IMG/VR virus record: IMGVR_UViG_3300032315_001401
Coordinates: 32,001 to 96,000 of that record
DNA length: 64,000 bases
From: a virus
Reading direction: 5' to 3' (one strand)
Position 1 is the first letter of the stretch. Every line of letters starts with the position of its first letter. Positions 24,143 through 33,942 of this stretch are shown piece after piece. A program made the position numbers and the translations under genes. The notes below the pieces were generated by a model. That model saw only the letters and a list, made by a program, of their open reading frames with translations, searched no databases and was not told the origin of the DNA.

Positions 24143-26643
24143 TAGATAAAAAATGAATCAAGACTTGTTGTTTTTTCTACTTTCCACCCAATTGAATCGA
24201 GAATGGACTTAAGAGGGTCAATAAAACTCTTTTCAAATTGTAGGTCATAGTCTATGTATTTGTCAAGATCAAGTTCTTTGGGAAAATCTTGAATGAATGC
24301 TATTACATTTTCCTGAATAATATTGGGTTTTTTCAAGAAAATAAACTTAACTTTTTCACCATTGGCAATCAAAGAATATTTGTGGGTCAATTTCTTTTCC
24401 TTTATATAATGATTAAAAAGAAGCGCTCCACGAATATGAATGGGAGTTTTTGAAGCGTAGATCGTTGAATGGGAATAATACTTACGAACATCAGAAGCAG
24501 TTCTTGGAAATGCAATTTGTTCTGGTGGAAGTTTTTTGAAGGCATTGCGGCACTTATCAATAAACTCAATCACCTCCCCTTCAGTCCCACTCATCATCAA
24601 CTTAAGTCCGTCCTTAATCATCTGACGACACGGAGCAGGTGTAGAAGATTTAACTGCCTCAATGCCCATCATTTTAAGTTTAGGTTCTTCATAACGAACA
24701 CCTTCACTATCCCAGACATTAAGAATATAACGCTTTTTGGCAGTCCAGATTCCACGCTCGGCAATGTTCTCACGCTTCATCTGCATCTTCTGGTCGTAAG
24801 CATTTACATACTGAGCCAGTTCTTGGTAGCAACCTTCAATATACTTTTCAAGTTCCACTTTACAGATCTTATCAAGGAATGAAACAATGCCTTCAGTAGT
24901 TTTCTCTCTTCCCTTGTATACAGTCTCAACCAAAGGACCCATATTAAGATAAACAGAGTCAGTATCGGAAGCAATAACATAATCCACCTCTTCAGTTTTC
25001 AGAACTTTATTCAAATACTTATTAAGTTTATTTTCAATCCAACGAATTGCAACTTGCCCAGAAAGTGTAATTGCTTCAGCGTTTGCTAGTTTATAATAGC
25101 GGAAGTACTGATTACCAATGGCACCATAAGCACTATTAAGTTGAATCTTCCTTGCCATTTGAATGTTATTACACCTTGCAATCTCCTTTTCCAGTTCTTT
25201 TGTTGGAGTTTTTTCATACTGTTGCTTTGCCAAAAGCATTTTCTTTTTATAGATGGTGCGGTCCTCATAGATTTTCTCCATCAATTCTGGAAGAAACCCA
25301 CGAACATCTTTGCGATACATTGCACCGTTAGCACAGACTGCATAATCCTTATAAAGTTCAAATGTCAATTCTTGATTGAGAATTTTATCAACAGTCACTG
25401 TGGGGTGTCTATCATCAACAAGAGTTTCGGGACTTACATTAAATTGCATAATCAAATGTGGATATAGACTATTCAAGTCAAAACTCACCACCCAGTCATA
25501 CATTCCTGGAATAGGTTCCTTAACATAAGCGCCGGCATATTTTGAATCTTTATCGGAACGTTCTTTGGGGGGGATAACAATATCCCGCTTTTTCAAATAG
25601 TTGTAGATGATTGTATCCCACATTCTAACTTGAGAAAAAACATCAGCATAGTTTGCTTTAGCATCATATGCCATTGTAATTGCAAGTTCAATTAGTTTCA
25701 TCTTGTCTTCCATTCGGTCAACAAGTTCCACGTCGATAATGTTGTATTCTACAAATTTCTGCCACCCTTTAGTGTAGAAATCTTTAAAAGTATCAAATTC
25801 AGAGTGATCTAATTTTTTCTGACCAAGTTCAACATTTGCAATATAATCTAGGCGATAAGATTCCTGTGCTTTATAAGTAAACTTCTTATAAAGATTAAGG
25901 TAGTCAAGTTGAGTAATGCCACCAACATCATAGGAAATGTGCTTACGTCCAGCAATATAAATTTCACTTTCAGTTACAAGTCCCCATGGAGACATTCTTT
26001 TCATTAACTTTTCACCAAGAATTCTATCAAGGCGACGAACAAGATATGGAATATCATATAACTCAATATTCCAACCAGTTACAACTTCTGGCGTATTGTC
26101 TTCCGTCATCCACCAAGCAATAAAATCGTTTAATAGGTCTCTTTCAGTTGCAAAAGATTTATACATCACATTCTTTTGCTTGTTTTCAAAAGGACCAACG
26201 CCCCAAGTGCGAATTTGCTTTGAAGCATAATCTTGAATTGTAATCAAAAGAACTTCCTCAGCCGCAGATTCTACATCAGGAAATCCATTTTCCGATGCAA
26301 CCTCAATATCAAGAGTAGTTAATTTAATTTTATTGATGTCAAACTTGATTTCCTCTTCAGAATACATTTCAGAAATATACTGATAAATGTATCCCGTATT
26401 TCCATAAATGTTAAAGTTCTCTACACCATCGTATTTTTTAACAAAGTCGCGACACTCTCTTACAGATCCGGGTTGAACTTCTTCTACATAGTCTCCCGTC
26501 AAAGTTTGATATTTTGTTTTCTTTTTTGAAGGGACAAAAAGGGTCGGGTAAAACTTCTCACGGGTCATAAAATGCTTACCATTTTCATAACCACGGACCA
26601 AGAAGTGATCCCCGACCATTTGAACGTTTGTATAAAATCTCAT
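24142..26643 (-). CDS. gp43: family B DNA polymerase
   Basis: DIEV exonuclease; SFDLNSLYP; KIQLNSAYG; DTDS; no intein or intron. Confidence 0.98.
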   Translation of the reverse strand: MRFYTNVQMVGDHFLVRGYENGKHFMTREKFYPTLFVPSKKKTKYQTLTGDYVEEVQPGSVRECRDFVKKYDGVENFNIYGNTGYIYQYISEMYSEEEIKFDINKIKLTTLDIEVASENGFPDVESAAEEVLLITIQDYASKQIRTWGVGPFENKQKNVMYKSFATERDLLNDFIAWWMTEDNTPEVVTGWNIELYDIPYLVRRLDRILGEKLMKRMSPWGLVTESEIYIAGRKHISYDVGGITQLDYLNLYKKFTYKAQESYRLDYIANVELGQKKLDHSEFDTFKDFYTKGWQKFVEYNIIDVELVDRMEDKMKLIELAITMAYDAKANYADVFSQVRMWDTIIYNYLKKRDIVIPPKERSDKDSKYAGAYVKEPIPGMYDWVVSFDLNSLYPHLIMQFNVSPETLVDDRHPTVTVDKILNQELTFELYKDYAVCANGAMYRKDVRGFLPELMEKIYEDRTIYKKKMLLAKQQYEKTPTKELEKEIARCNNIQMARKIQLNSAYGAIGNQYFRYYKLANAEAITLSGQVAIRWIENKLNKYLNKVLKTEEVDYVIASDTDSVYLNMGPLVETVYKGREKTTEGIVSFLDKICKVELEKYIEGCYQELAQYVNAYDQKMQMKRENIAERGIWTAKKRYILNVWDSEGVRYEEPKLKMMGIEAVKSSTPAPCRQMIKDGLKLMMSGTEGEVIEFIDKCRNAFKKLPPEQIAFPRTASDVRKYYSHSTIYASKTPIHIRGALLFNHYIKEKKLTHKYSLIANGEKVKFIFLKKPNIIQENVIAFIQDFPKELDLDKYIDYDLQFEKSFIDPLKSILDSIGWKVEKTTSLDSFFI

Positions 26644-26897
26644 CAGGCAGTTAATTCAAGATACTTTTCAATAATTTCTTCTTTTGGATCTACAATTGTA
26701 AGAATACTATCGGAATGAATCATCATTTCTCTTTGGTCAGTTACATCTGGCCAAGGAGTAAGATTTCCTTCAGCATCAATACGATATGGATTAATCAATC
26801 TACAATCAGGTTCTCCAAGTTCAGATCCAACTTCCACAATTTCCGTAACAATTACGTTATCAACTTTCAACAAAAGACATTTAACTGTTTTTTCCAT
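26643..26897 (-). CDS. conserved hypothetical protein
   Basis: GEPDCRLINPY; paralogous in style to the upstream gene. Confidence 0.7.
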   Translation of the reverse strand: MEKTVKCLLLKVDNVIVTEIVEVGSELGEPDCRLINPYRIDAEGNLTPWPDVTDQREMMIHSDSILTIVDPKEEIIEKYLELTA

Positions 26898-27189
26898 TTA
26901 CTCTCCCCTCATAAAGATCTTTAACTGAATTAAGTGGTTCTACAATCGTCACAACCCAATCTAACGGAACTAAAATCTGATCATCCTGCGTAAGAAGTAT
27001 CCAAGCAGACAAAGATACTTGAATTTTTGCATCATAATCTACTTCTTCCGTCAAAAGAATGGACCTTTCTGTAAGAACCTTATATGGTTTATTAAAGATG
27101 TATCCGCAAGGTTTTTCATCAGAGACAATTTCCTTAAGATCGGAAATAACCGTCTCTCCAGATTTTAATAGTGCAAGTTTAATTGACAT
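26881..27189 (-). CDS. conserved hypothetical protein
   Basis: MSIKLALLKSGETVISD...WVVTIVEP. Confidence 0.75.
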   Translation of the reverse strand: MSIKLALLKSGETVISDLKEIVSDEKPCGYIFNKPYKVLTERSILLTEEVDYDAKIQVSLSAWILLTQDDQILVPLDWVVTIVEPLNSVKDLYEGRVNGKNS

Positions 27190-27211
27190 TTTTATCTTTC
27201 TCCTTCAACTT

Positions 27212-27240
27212 ATTATAGCAAAAAAATGGGGGAGTGTCAA
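27212..27240 (-). promoter_or_regulatory. consensus sigma70 promoter of the gp43 operon, overlapping a terminator hairpin
   Basis: TTGACA-17nt-TATAAT; ggggag/ctcccc plus aactgg/ccagtt stems. Confidence 0.8.
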
Positions 27241-27288
27241 ACTGGATTTTGCCAGTTGCTCCCCTGCGGCGACGATATTCACTAGTAT

Positions 27289-27456
27289 TTATTCTTCTTC
27301 ACATCCACGCCCACCTCCTCCAGGATTAAATGGAACTGCCTTTCCCTTTGGAACTCTTTGTTTTTTATGAGTTTTTGGATCAATCACCATGTGTGCTTGA
27401 GCCATCGGATAAGAGATCGTTTTGGTCTCTTGCATGAACTTCTGAAAAGATTTCAT
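27289..27456 (-). CDS. small basic protein (55 aa) with capsid-targeting-like N-terminus
   Basis: MKSFQKFMQETKTISYPMAQAHMVIDPKTHKKQRVPKGKAVPFNPGGGGRGCEEE; not in the ORF track. Confidence 0.6.
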   Translation of the reverse strand: MKSFQKFMQETKTISYPMAQAHMVIDPKTHKKQRVPKGKAVPFNPGGGGRGCEEE

Positions 27457-27886
27457 ATACCTTTCTCTTCTGATGCTCTGGAATAACTCTATTTAGTTTG
27501 ACGGTAAGTAATCCATCAACATATGAAACATCTTTAACTTCAACATCATCAGAAAGAGTCCATGTACGAGTGAATGCTCTTTTTGCCAATCCCTGATGTA
27601 GATATTCATCACTAGAATCACCCGATTTCTTTGCTTCCACAAAGAGTTTATTCCATTCCGTAGTGACTTCGATATCTTCTTTTTTATATCCAGCAAGTGC
27701 AATTTCCAATCTGAAATCAACACTACTTTCTTTAATTAGATTATATGGGGGATAATTTGTGTGCGTTTCAAACGCCGTATCAAACCTTTTAAACCACTCA
27801 TCCATCCCAATACTATTTCTCCGAATATCCATCAGATATTTTGCAGTTTCTGGTACTGTTAGAGTAAGAGAACTTGTTCCAAACAT
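27380..27886 (-). CDS. hsp20: small heat shock protein
   Basis: NYPPYNLIK...EIALAGY...YLHQGLAKRAF...DGLL; C-terminal read-through tail. Confidence 0.93.
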   Translation of the reverse strand: MFGTSSLTLTVPETAKYLMDIRRNSIGMDEWFKRFDTAFETHTNYPPYNLIKESSVDFRLEIALAGYKKEDIEVTTEWNKLFVEAKKSGDSSDEYLHQGLAKRAFTRTWTLSDDVEVKDVSYVDGLLTVKLNRVIPEHQKRKVYEIFSEVHARDQNDLLSDGSSTHGD

Positions 27887-27992
27887 AATAGACCTCCTTA
27901 AAGCGTCTGTAAGTTAATAATGTCCCCGAAGGCAACATCATTATTATATATTTGAAACATAAAAAATGGGGAGTGTTGTTATCCCCACTTTT

Positions 27993-28436
27993 TTATTCGG
28001 TTTCCTCTTCTGTGCGCTTTTTCTTGGCGCCAATATTATATTTGGTCTCTAGAATCCAATCTCCTTTGTCCTTGTAAGCAAGAACTTTGATTTGATTGAG
28101 TGGTGCAATATCTTGCACTTGTTGGGCATTTACAATTGTAACCAATCCCCAATCAGCAATAAGTTGCACAATTCGATTACGACGCTGAACATCATTCACG
28201 GTAAGATTTGCATGTTTGCCATCCAGAGCAAACAATTCCTTAAAATGAACGAGATAATATCTACCTTGCTTATGAAGAATATGGCAAGATTGATAAAGTT
28301 TTTTCTCCTTTCTTGATGCAACTCCGATACGAGTCAAAGTTTCACGAACCTTAAGAAAATCATCAGGTTCATTCAGCAAAACTTCAATCATCATATTAGG
28401 CGTCCAGTTTACTACAGGTTCTTGAACGACACTCAT
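27993..28436 (-). CDS. regA: translational repressor
   Basis: FLKVRETLTRIGVAS...LYQSCHILHKQGRYYLVHFKE. Confidence 0.96.
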   Translation of the reverse strand: MSVVQEPVVNWTPNMMIEVLLNEPDDFLKVRETLTRIGVASRKEKKLYQSCHILHKQGRYYLVHFKELFALDGKHANLTVNDVQRRNRIVQLIADWGLVTIVNAQQVQDIAPLNQIKVLAYKDKGDWILETKYNIGAKKKRTEEETE

Positions 28437-28813
28437 TTTTTTCCTCCAGTTTCAAATTTCGATTTTATAAAAGTAAGTTGTTCTTTAGTAAGAATCCTCA
28501 AAGCCTGTTTTGCCTTTTCATTATTAAAACCATAATATTGTTTGACATAATCAAGATCTTTGATTTTATCTTGTCGGAGCCAGGGAGAAAATCTCTTCTT
28601 TTTCCTCAGACTATTTATAAAAAAGTCATACTGCATCTTCTTTGGAAGAAAATGATAGCGATTCATTTCATTCGCAAACATAATACAATCAATGTGCCCA
28701 GAAAAGCAACGATTGATGATATAAGGGGCGTATTCCTTCTCAAGTGAAGGATCTTCATCAATTAGATTCTGCTTCGTTTGATTGATCGAGTTTAACCAGT
28801 CCTTCAATTCCAT
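28433..28813 (-). CDS. gp62: clamp loader small subunit
   Basis: LKDWLNSIN...YAPYIINR...RKKKRFSPW. Confidence 0.92.
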   Translation of the reverse strand: MELKDWLNSINQTKQNLIDEDPSLEKEYAPYIINRCFSGHIDCIMFANEMNRYHFLPKKMQYDFFINSLRKKKRFSPWLRQDKIKDLDYVKQYYGFNNEKAKQALRILTKEQLTFIKSKFETGGKK

Positions 28814-29630
28814 AATTAAAAAGCAATAGTTCTTTTCTTTGTTTTTGCTCACGCATATATTCACCAACAGAACGCATCGTATAAGTCAAATCAAACTCGG
28901 CAGCGTTCCAGTCCTTAAACCTATCTTTTACAAGTTGGTCAGAATTATAACTAATCAACTGATCCATATTGTTAGAGTCGCAATCAGCAGCAAACTTATC
29001 GTGATCGAATCCTTTATGCATTGATCCCTTTCTCCCATAGAGATTATCCTTAATGTCATAAGGAGGATCGAGATACATAAAAGCACCTTTGTTTCCATCC
29101 ATCAGATAATCGTAAGAGTAATTAGTTATGCGCCAATGAGCAATTAACTTGGAATATTCGGGCAGTTTATAGATTCCTCGCAGGGAGAAATTGGAGTTAC
29201 TTGCTTGCTCTGAAAAAGATGAACTTTCGGTAAGACCACTAAAAGAACATTTATTAACAATATAGAAAGCGACAGCACGATTAAAGTTCGATTCAGACTC
29301 ATTATTGATATGCTCCTTTGACTTCGCAAATAACTCTCTTGCCAATTCTGGGGTATTATATGCTGTTTTCAAATCCACCAATTCACTTTTTAAATCATAT
29401 CCAAACATCTGGAGTTGTTGCCAGAAGTTTACAAGAGGTTCGTAAAGGTCATTGACCCATATATCTAGGTTGGGATATTTTTTAGTAATATAAATCGCAA
29501 CGCTTCCACCACCAAGAAATGGTTCTCGGAACTCATCATAATTGCGAAGGTCTGTAAAATAAGGTCCCATCTTTTCGCAAGCACGGGACTTACCGCCAGG
29601 ATAACGAAGAGGTGTCTTGAGTGATTTCAT
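28758..29630 (-). CDS. dam: D12-class DNA adenine methyltransferase
   Basis: LRYPGGKS; EPFLGGGS; YLDPPY. Confidence 0.93.
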   Translation of the reverse strand: MKSLKTPLRYPGGKSRACEKMGPYFTDLRNYDEFREPFLGGGSVAIYITKKYPNLDIWVNDLYEPLVNFWQQLQMFGYDLKSELVDLKTAYNTPELARELFAKSKEHINNESESNFNRAVAFYIVNKCSFSGLTESSSFSEQASNSNFSLRGIYKLPEYSKLIAHWRITNYSYDYLMDGNKGAFMYLDPPYDIKDNLYGRKGSMHKGFDHDKFAADCDSNNMDQLISYNSDQLVKDRFKDWNAAEFDLTYTMRSVGEYMREQKQRKELLLFNYGIEGLVKLDQSNEAESN

Positions 29631-30151
29631 TCTTCAATTTCCCTAATATAATTCAAATAAAAATCAACTTTTTTCTGGAAAAAGTTTTCCTGCAAAGTTG
29701 GACCACCATTTAGAAAAAAATGTTCTGGTTCGGGATTACAGGAAGCAGTAATAGTTGTTCCACTAATCTTGACATTATAAAGCATTTCTCCAGGAACACA
29801 ACAAGCTTTGAGTTTATCTGGATCAGTAAAAATATAATAATCTGCAGGACTAAATCGAGATAAATCTGGTGTGCTACGTCCGTTCATAACAACTACGCCA
29901 CGAACAGCGGTTTCACTTTTATTTGCAAATTTTATTTTTTTACTCTCATACGTCTTACCAAAATTATCAATCAAATCCTTACCGATCAAATTGATACGCT
30001 TGAGTTGCCCCTTACCATACTCTTGATAGGCATATTCGATAACTTTCCCCACCTCAAAATACTCTGTTGGATCAGTATTTCCAGAAAGAGTGGAAAGGAA
30101 TTTTGAAAGTTTGTTCAATTCAATGGTAGAAAAATCAATCATTGGTTTCAT
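29627..30151 (-). CDS. hypothetical protein, possible PD-(D/E)XK nuclease
   Basis: GKDLIDNFGKTYESK...ADYYIF. Confidence 0.55.
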   Translation of the reverse strand: MKPMIDFSTIELNKLSKFLSTLSGNTDPTEYFEVGKVIEYAYQEYGKGQLKRINLIGKDLIDNFGKTYESKKIKFANKSETAVRGVVVMNGRSTPDLSRFSPADYYIFTDPDKLKACCVPGEMLYNVKISGTTITASCNPEPEHFFLNGGPTLQENFFQKKVDFYLNYIREIEE

Positions 30152-30347
30152 AATCAATAGGGTGATACTTCAAATACTCTCTAAAAGTGAGTTTCATTTC
30201 TTTCTGCGTCATACCACAGTGCCTGGCAGCATCGGGAAGATTCATTATAGCGCGAAAGAGACCTTCATTTGCCTCTTGGACATTTTCGGGAGTTGTTTTA
30301 ACTGGCAATTCATACAATTCCCACTTATTGATTTTAAATGGATTCAT
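30135..30347 (-). CDS. conserved hypothetical protein
   Basis: 70-aa ORF coupled to gp44 by an ATGA overlap. Confidence 0.7.
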   Translation of the reverse strand: MNPFKINKWELYELPVKTTPENVQEANEGLFRAIMNLPDAARHCGMTQKEMKLTFREYLKYHPIDYETND

Positions 30348-31288
30348 CGAAACTCACACTCCACCATTATTTCTGTAAGAGCGGCAAGAAGGTTGATTTC
30401 CTGATCGGCAACAAACGACCCCTGATACATATACTTTGCAATGATAAGAATTGCTGCAGGAATTGTAGAAGGTGTGAGAGATTCATAGCAAGAGTCATAA
30501 AGACGACGCAAAATGAGATTTGCATCATTATCAAGATTTGCTACTACCCATTTACGAACTTCAGCAAAATTCTTATCTTTCATATTTTTGATAAGACCAT
30601 TTACTGCAATGTCTGTGAAGGATGCAAGAATTGCTGCGTCAATTTTTCCTCCTGTTGCATACCTTTGACATTCGTTGAGGACTCTTCGAAAATCTGGGAA
30701 GTGCTTGGAGATAATTTCAACAAGAACTTTTTGATCATACTCGATCCTTTCCTCATCCAAAATGTTTTGTAGGCGCTTGAAAAAGGATCCTGCCAACTGC
30801 GCCTTTTGTTTGCCCTTGATGGTGAAATCAATGACGGCACATCGGGAATGAAGAGGTTCGATGATTTTGTTTTTGTAGTTGCAGGTGAAAATGAATCTGC
30901 AGTTGTTATAAAATGTCTCAATATTTGCCCGTAGAAGGAGTTGTACATCTGCGGTCGTGTTGTCACTTTCATCCACAATGATGACTTTGTGTTTAGAAGA
31001 TCCCGTAAGTGAGACGGTCGAAGCGAAGTTCTTTGCTTGGTTCCGTACAGTATCCAAGAAACGCCCTTCGTCGGATCCATTGATGACATAATAGTCTGCC
31101 CCTAACTCATTACACAGTGCTTTTGCAATCGTGGTTTTACCAATACCAGGAGGTCCAGAAAGAAGAAGATTTGGAATCTCCCCTTTTTCCACAAACTCCT
31201 TAAATGTTTTTTTAATTTCATCAGGAAGAATACAGTCCTCAATCACTTGAGGACGATATTTTTCCGTTAGAAGGAATTCACTTGTCAT
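30344..31288 (-). CDS. gp44: clamp loader large subunit
   Basis: EKYRP; GPPGIGKT; DESD; SRC. Confidence 0.96.
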   Translation of the reverse strand: MTSEFLLTEKYRPQVIEDCILPDEIKKTFKEFVEKGEIPNLLLSGPPGIGKTTIAKALCNELGADYYVINGSDEGRFLDTVRNQAKNFASTVSLTGSSKHKVIIVDESDNTTADVQLLLRANIETFYNNCRFIFTCNYKNKIIEPLHSRCAVIDFTIKGKQKAQLAGSFFKRLQNILDEERIEYDQKVLVEIISKHFPDFRRVLNECQRYATGGKIDAAILASFTDIAVNGLIKNMKDKNFAEVRKWVVANLDNDANLILRRLYDSCYESLTPSTIPAAILIIAKYMYQGSFVADQEINLLAALTEIMVECEFR

Positions 31289-31291
31289 AAT

Positions 31292-31915
31292 TTAATTTAC
31301 ACCCTTAACTTTCCTTAACTTTTGTTTTGAAACAATGCCAGTAATTTCTTCTTTTGTTTTACCTTTAGATTTAAGATAATCCTCGTAAGTATATCCAGAT
31401 TTAATAAAATTGGATAACTCATCAAGTTTTAATTTATCTTCATTACTCACATAAAAGTATTTTCCTTGCCTAAATCTATTAATTTCGGCAATTATACACC
31501 AATTGGAAAGTGTTGTTGGACTTGTATATCCATAAATCTGCTTTAAATCGGTTGTCTTAAAAATTTTACTATTTAACTTATTATTGCCACAAACTCTTGG
31601 GGACGAATTTATATTAATACAATTTAAGTGTAATTTAAATTTTTGAATTAAATTTGTCTCATAAAAAATCATTTCATTTTCATTAGAAAAAATTTTTAAA
31701 ATGACCTTCTTACCATCACCATTAGTTTTATCTGTATAAGAACCAGTGTATTTTTTATCTTCATCTGGTTTGCAGTCACACTGACGAGACCCTATGTAAA
31801 AATTACCATTTGGAAAGAAAATTACATAAACATAATAATACATTATTTGCTTATATTCTTCCTGAATGTTGTTAATTTCAGTTAAAATTTCATTCAAAAT
31901 TTCAATCTCTTTCAT
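31292..31915 (-). CDS. Seg-like GIY-YIG homing endonuclease with C-terminal HTH-like region
   Basis: YVYVIFFPNGNFYIGSR...YTGS; AT-rich; flanked by a duplicated junction. Confidence 0.75.
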   Translation of the reverse strand: MKEIEILNEILTEINNIQEEYKQIMYYYVYVIFFPNGNFYIGSRQCDCKPDEDKKYTGSYTDKTNGDGKKVILKIFSNENEMIFYETNLIQKFKLHLNCININSSPRVCGNNKLNSKIFKTTDLKQIYGYTSPTTLSNWCIIAEINRFRQGKYFYVSNEDKLKLDELSNFIKSGYTYEDYLKSKGKTKEEITGIVSKQKLRKVKGVN

Positions 31916-31918
31916 AAT

Positions 31919-32431
31919 TTAATTCACCCATTCTGGTTTTCTTTCTGGCATACGAAGATAATTAGATGCAACCCAAGGTTTGGATGCGATATACATCTTG
32001 TAAGCAGTAAAAGTATCAATGCTTGTGTCAAGTTTATACTCATCTGGCATTGCCCGTGCGAATGAAGTTACATTAGTTAATTTACCTTTTGGAAAAAGAT
32101 AGTATGCTTCAATTAGAGTATTCTGGCACGAATGAGTTTTATTATATCTCAATGTGTATTCATCACAAAGATTCAATCCCCACTTAATCAACCAATAAGC
32201 ATTATCAACTGTTTTTGCTGCCCATTGGGTGCAAGGATGATTTCTAAAAGCACCCTTTTCTGTGGCATAAGGATTTCCATCTTTCTTATGAAGTAAACCA
32301 TAATTATGATACCACTTTGATGCCACGATTGATAGCATTTGGCAGCACTCAAGGGGCATTTTCACTACTAATTTGTCTGGAAGTACAATTGCAGATTCTG
32401 CAGGAAATTGATTAGTGACGAATATATTCAT
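31919..32431 (-). CDS. pyrimidine-dimer DNA glycosylase family protein
   Basis: MNIF...DKLVVKMPLECCQML...NHPCTQW. Confidence 0.75.
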   Translation of the reverse strand: MNIFVTNQFPAESAIVLPDKLVVKMPLECCQMLSIVASKWYHNYGLLHKKDGNPYATEKGAFRNHPCTQWAAKTVDNAYWLIKWGLNLCDEYTLRYNKTHSCQNTLIEAYYLFPKGKLTNVTSFARAMPDEYKLDTSIDTFTAYKMYIASKPWVASNYLRMPERKPEWVN

Positions 32432-32841
32432 CAGAAGCAATACTTGTTTACGTAGTATAGCACCCTTTCCGGTTTATCTTCCAGATAGTATGCTTCAGTT
32501 TCATAAACTGGATAAGAATTTTTACTTACCTTAACAGAGCGAACAACATCGTTAAGTTTATATTGATTTAATGTTGCATCAGCAATTTTAAGGGGACCTT
32601 TCTTACACGCTTGGGCAACGTGAACTGCTTCGTGATAAACAGTTTCATTTACATAATGATTTACGGGACTGATACTATTCTTGATGTTATTTGTACAAAC
32701 TACGAATCGAGGACCATCTATCCCACCGAAAATTTCTTTATTCCTACAATATGCAGAGTTTTCTAGAACTCTATAATTTTTCATCATAATTTTACTCACT
32801 AGTTCCTGACTGATGGGCGTCAAATAAAGTAGAAATTCCAT
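32431..32841 (-). CDS. hypothetical protein with HExxH motif
   Basis: ETVYHEAVHVAQAC...ETEAY. Confidence 0.7.
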   Translation of the reverse strand: MEFLLYLTPISQELVSKIMMKNYRVLENSAYCRNKEIFGGIDGPRFVVCTNNIKNSISPVNHYVNETVYHEAVHVAQACKKGPLKIADATLNQYKLNDVVRSVKVSKNSYPVYETEAYYLEDKPERVLYYVNKYCF

Positions 32842-33527
32842 TATGCAAAAGTTGAATCGGGTTCCAGAGCAATATAATAGCAGAGATTATACTTGGGATT
32901 CGTGAACTGTGACAAAAGTTTTTGCGACACAACTACGTCATAGGCACCAGGAATAATCTTGATGTTTTCCACCTTGAAGTTGAAAGTAAATTCCTTATCA
33001 GTCTCACCAACCACGATGGAATACTCGTTAGAGGTATCGTTTTTCTTATCACGAACCACCAGACGAATTACACCTGCATCACCCACTGCCGACAGGTCAG
33101 GTAGTTGATAAACTGCCGCTGCCTTTAGAAGTTTTTCCAGAGTTACACTTTCAAGTTGGAAACAAACATCTTTAGAAGGAAGTTGAATTTCTTTTTCTGG
33201 AGGAGAAATAATGACATTCGGGTCGGCAAAGAAATACTTCACACGACGCTTACCTTCACGAATAGTAATATGCGAATCTTCGGCAAAATCAAGGTCTGGG
33301 TCCTGATGAAGACTCAAACCATTCAGAAACTGGTTGAGGTCATAAATCGCAAAGTCACGGGGAAACTCTTCAGTAATATCTGCTTCAGCAAGAATATTTT
33401 TTGCAACGGAAATTGTGCGAAGACGATTACCCTGCTTTACAAGAATGGAGTTGTTAATGCCAGCAAAGTTTTTGAGAAGAGCAAGAGTGTTGTCAGAAAG
33501 TTTCATAGTTTGGGGTTTGAGTTTCAC
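32841..33527 (-). CDS. gp45: sliding clamp
   Basis: MKLSDNTLALLKNFAGINNSI...YYIALE. Confidence 0.95.
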   Translation of the reverse strand: MKLKPQTMKLSDNTLALLKNFAGINNSILVKQGNRLRTISVAKNILAEADITEEFPRDFAIYDLNQFLNGLSLHQDPDLDFAEDSHITIREGKRRVKYFFADPNVIISPPEKEIQLPSKDVCFQLESVTLEKLLKAAAVYQLPDLSAVGDAGVIRLVVRDKKNDTSNEYSIVVGETDKEFTFNFKVENIKIIPGAYDVVVSQKLLSQFTNPKYNLCYYIALEPDSTFA

Positions 33528-33901
33528 TTGTTTTCAACTAGATTAAGATGATTAATCAAAAGAATAGTATAGTGCAATACTTTAAACAAGTCAGCACGAG
33601 GAGTTCCTTTTGTGTCATAACGATCAATATACTTGGTCACATTACCTGCACAAAATCCCTCACGGCGATTATGTTTAATTTTATCAAGAGTTTGTTCAGT
33701 TCCACCACCAGTCCTATCGACATAATGCTGACTATAAGTTCCGGAAATATATTCTTCAAGTTGCTTGAGAATTTTGTCTTCGTTATATTTCCAAAAATGA
33801 TTTGAGTTGTCGTTCATAATAGATTCTTTGTCAATTGAAATTTTACCGTCACTATTCAAATACATAGTGAATTCATTCATTGGATAAGGATGCTCGTCCA
33901 T
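33524..33901 (-). CDS. DUF3310-like protein
   Basis: YSQHY...GFCAGNVTKYIDRY..K...DLFKVLHY. Confidence 0.75.
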   Translation of the reverse strand: MDEHPYPMNEFTMYLNSDGKISIDKESIMNDNSNHFWKYNEDKILKQLEEYISGTYSQHYVDRTGGGTEQTLDKIKHNRREGFCAGNVTKYIDRYDTKGTPRADLFKVLHYTILLINHLNLVENK

Positions 33902-33942
33902 AATAAAAGAGGGAGGTCATAGTTTTACCTCCCCCAATTATA

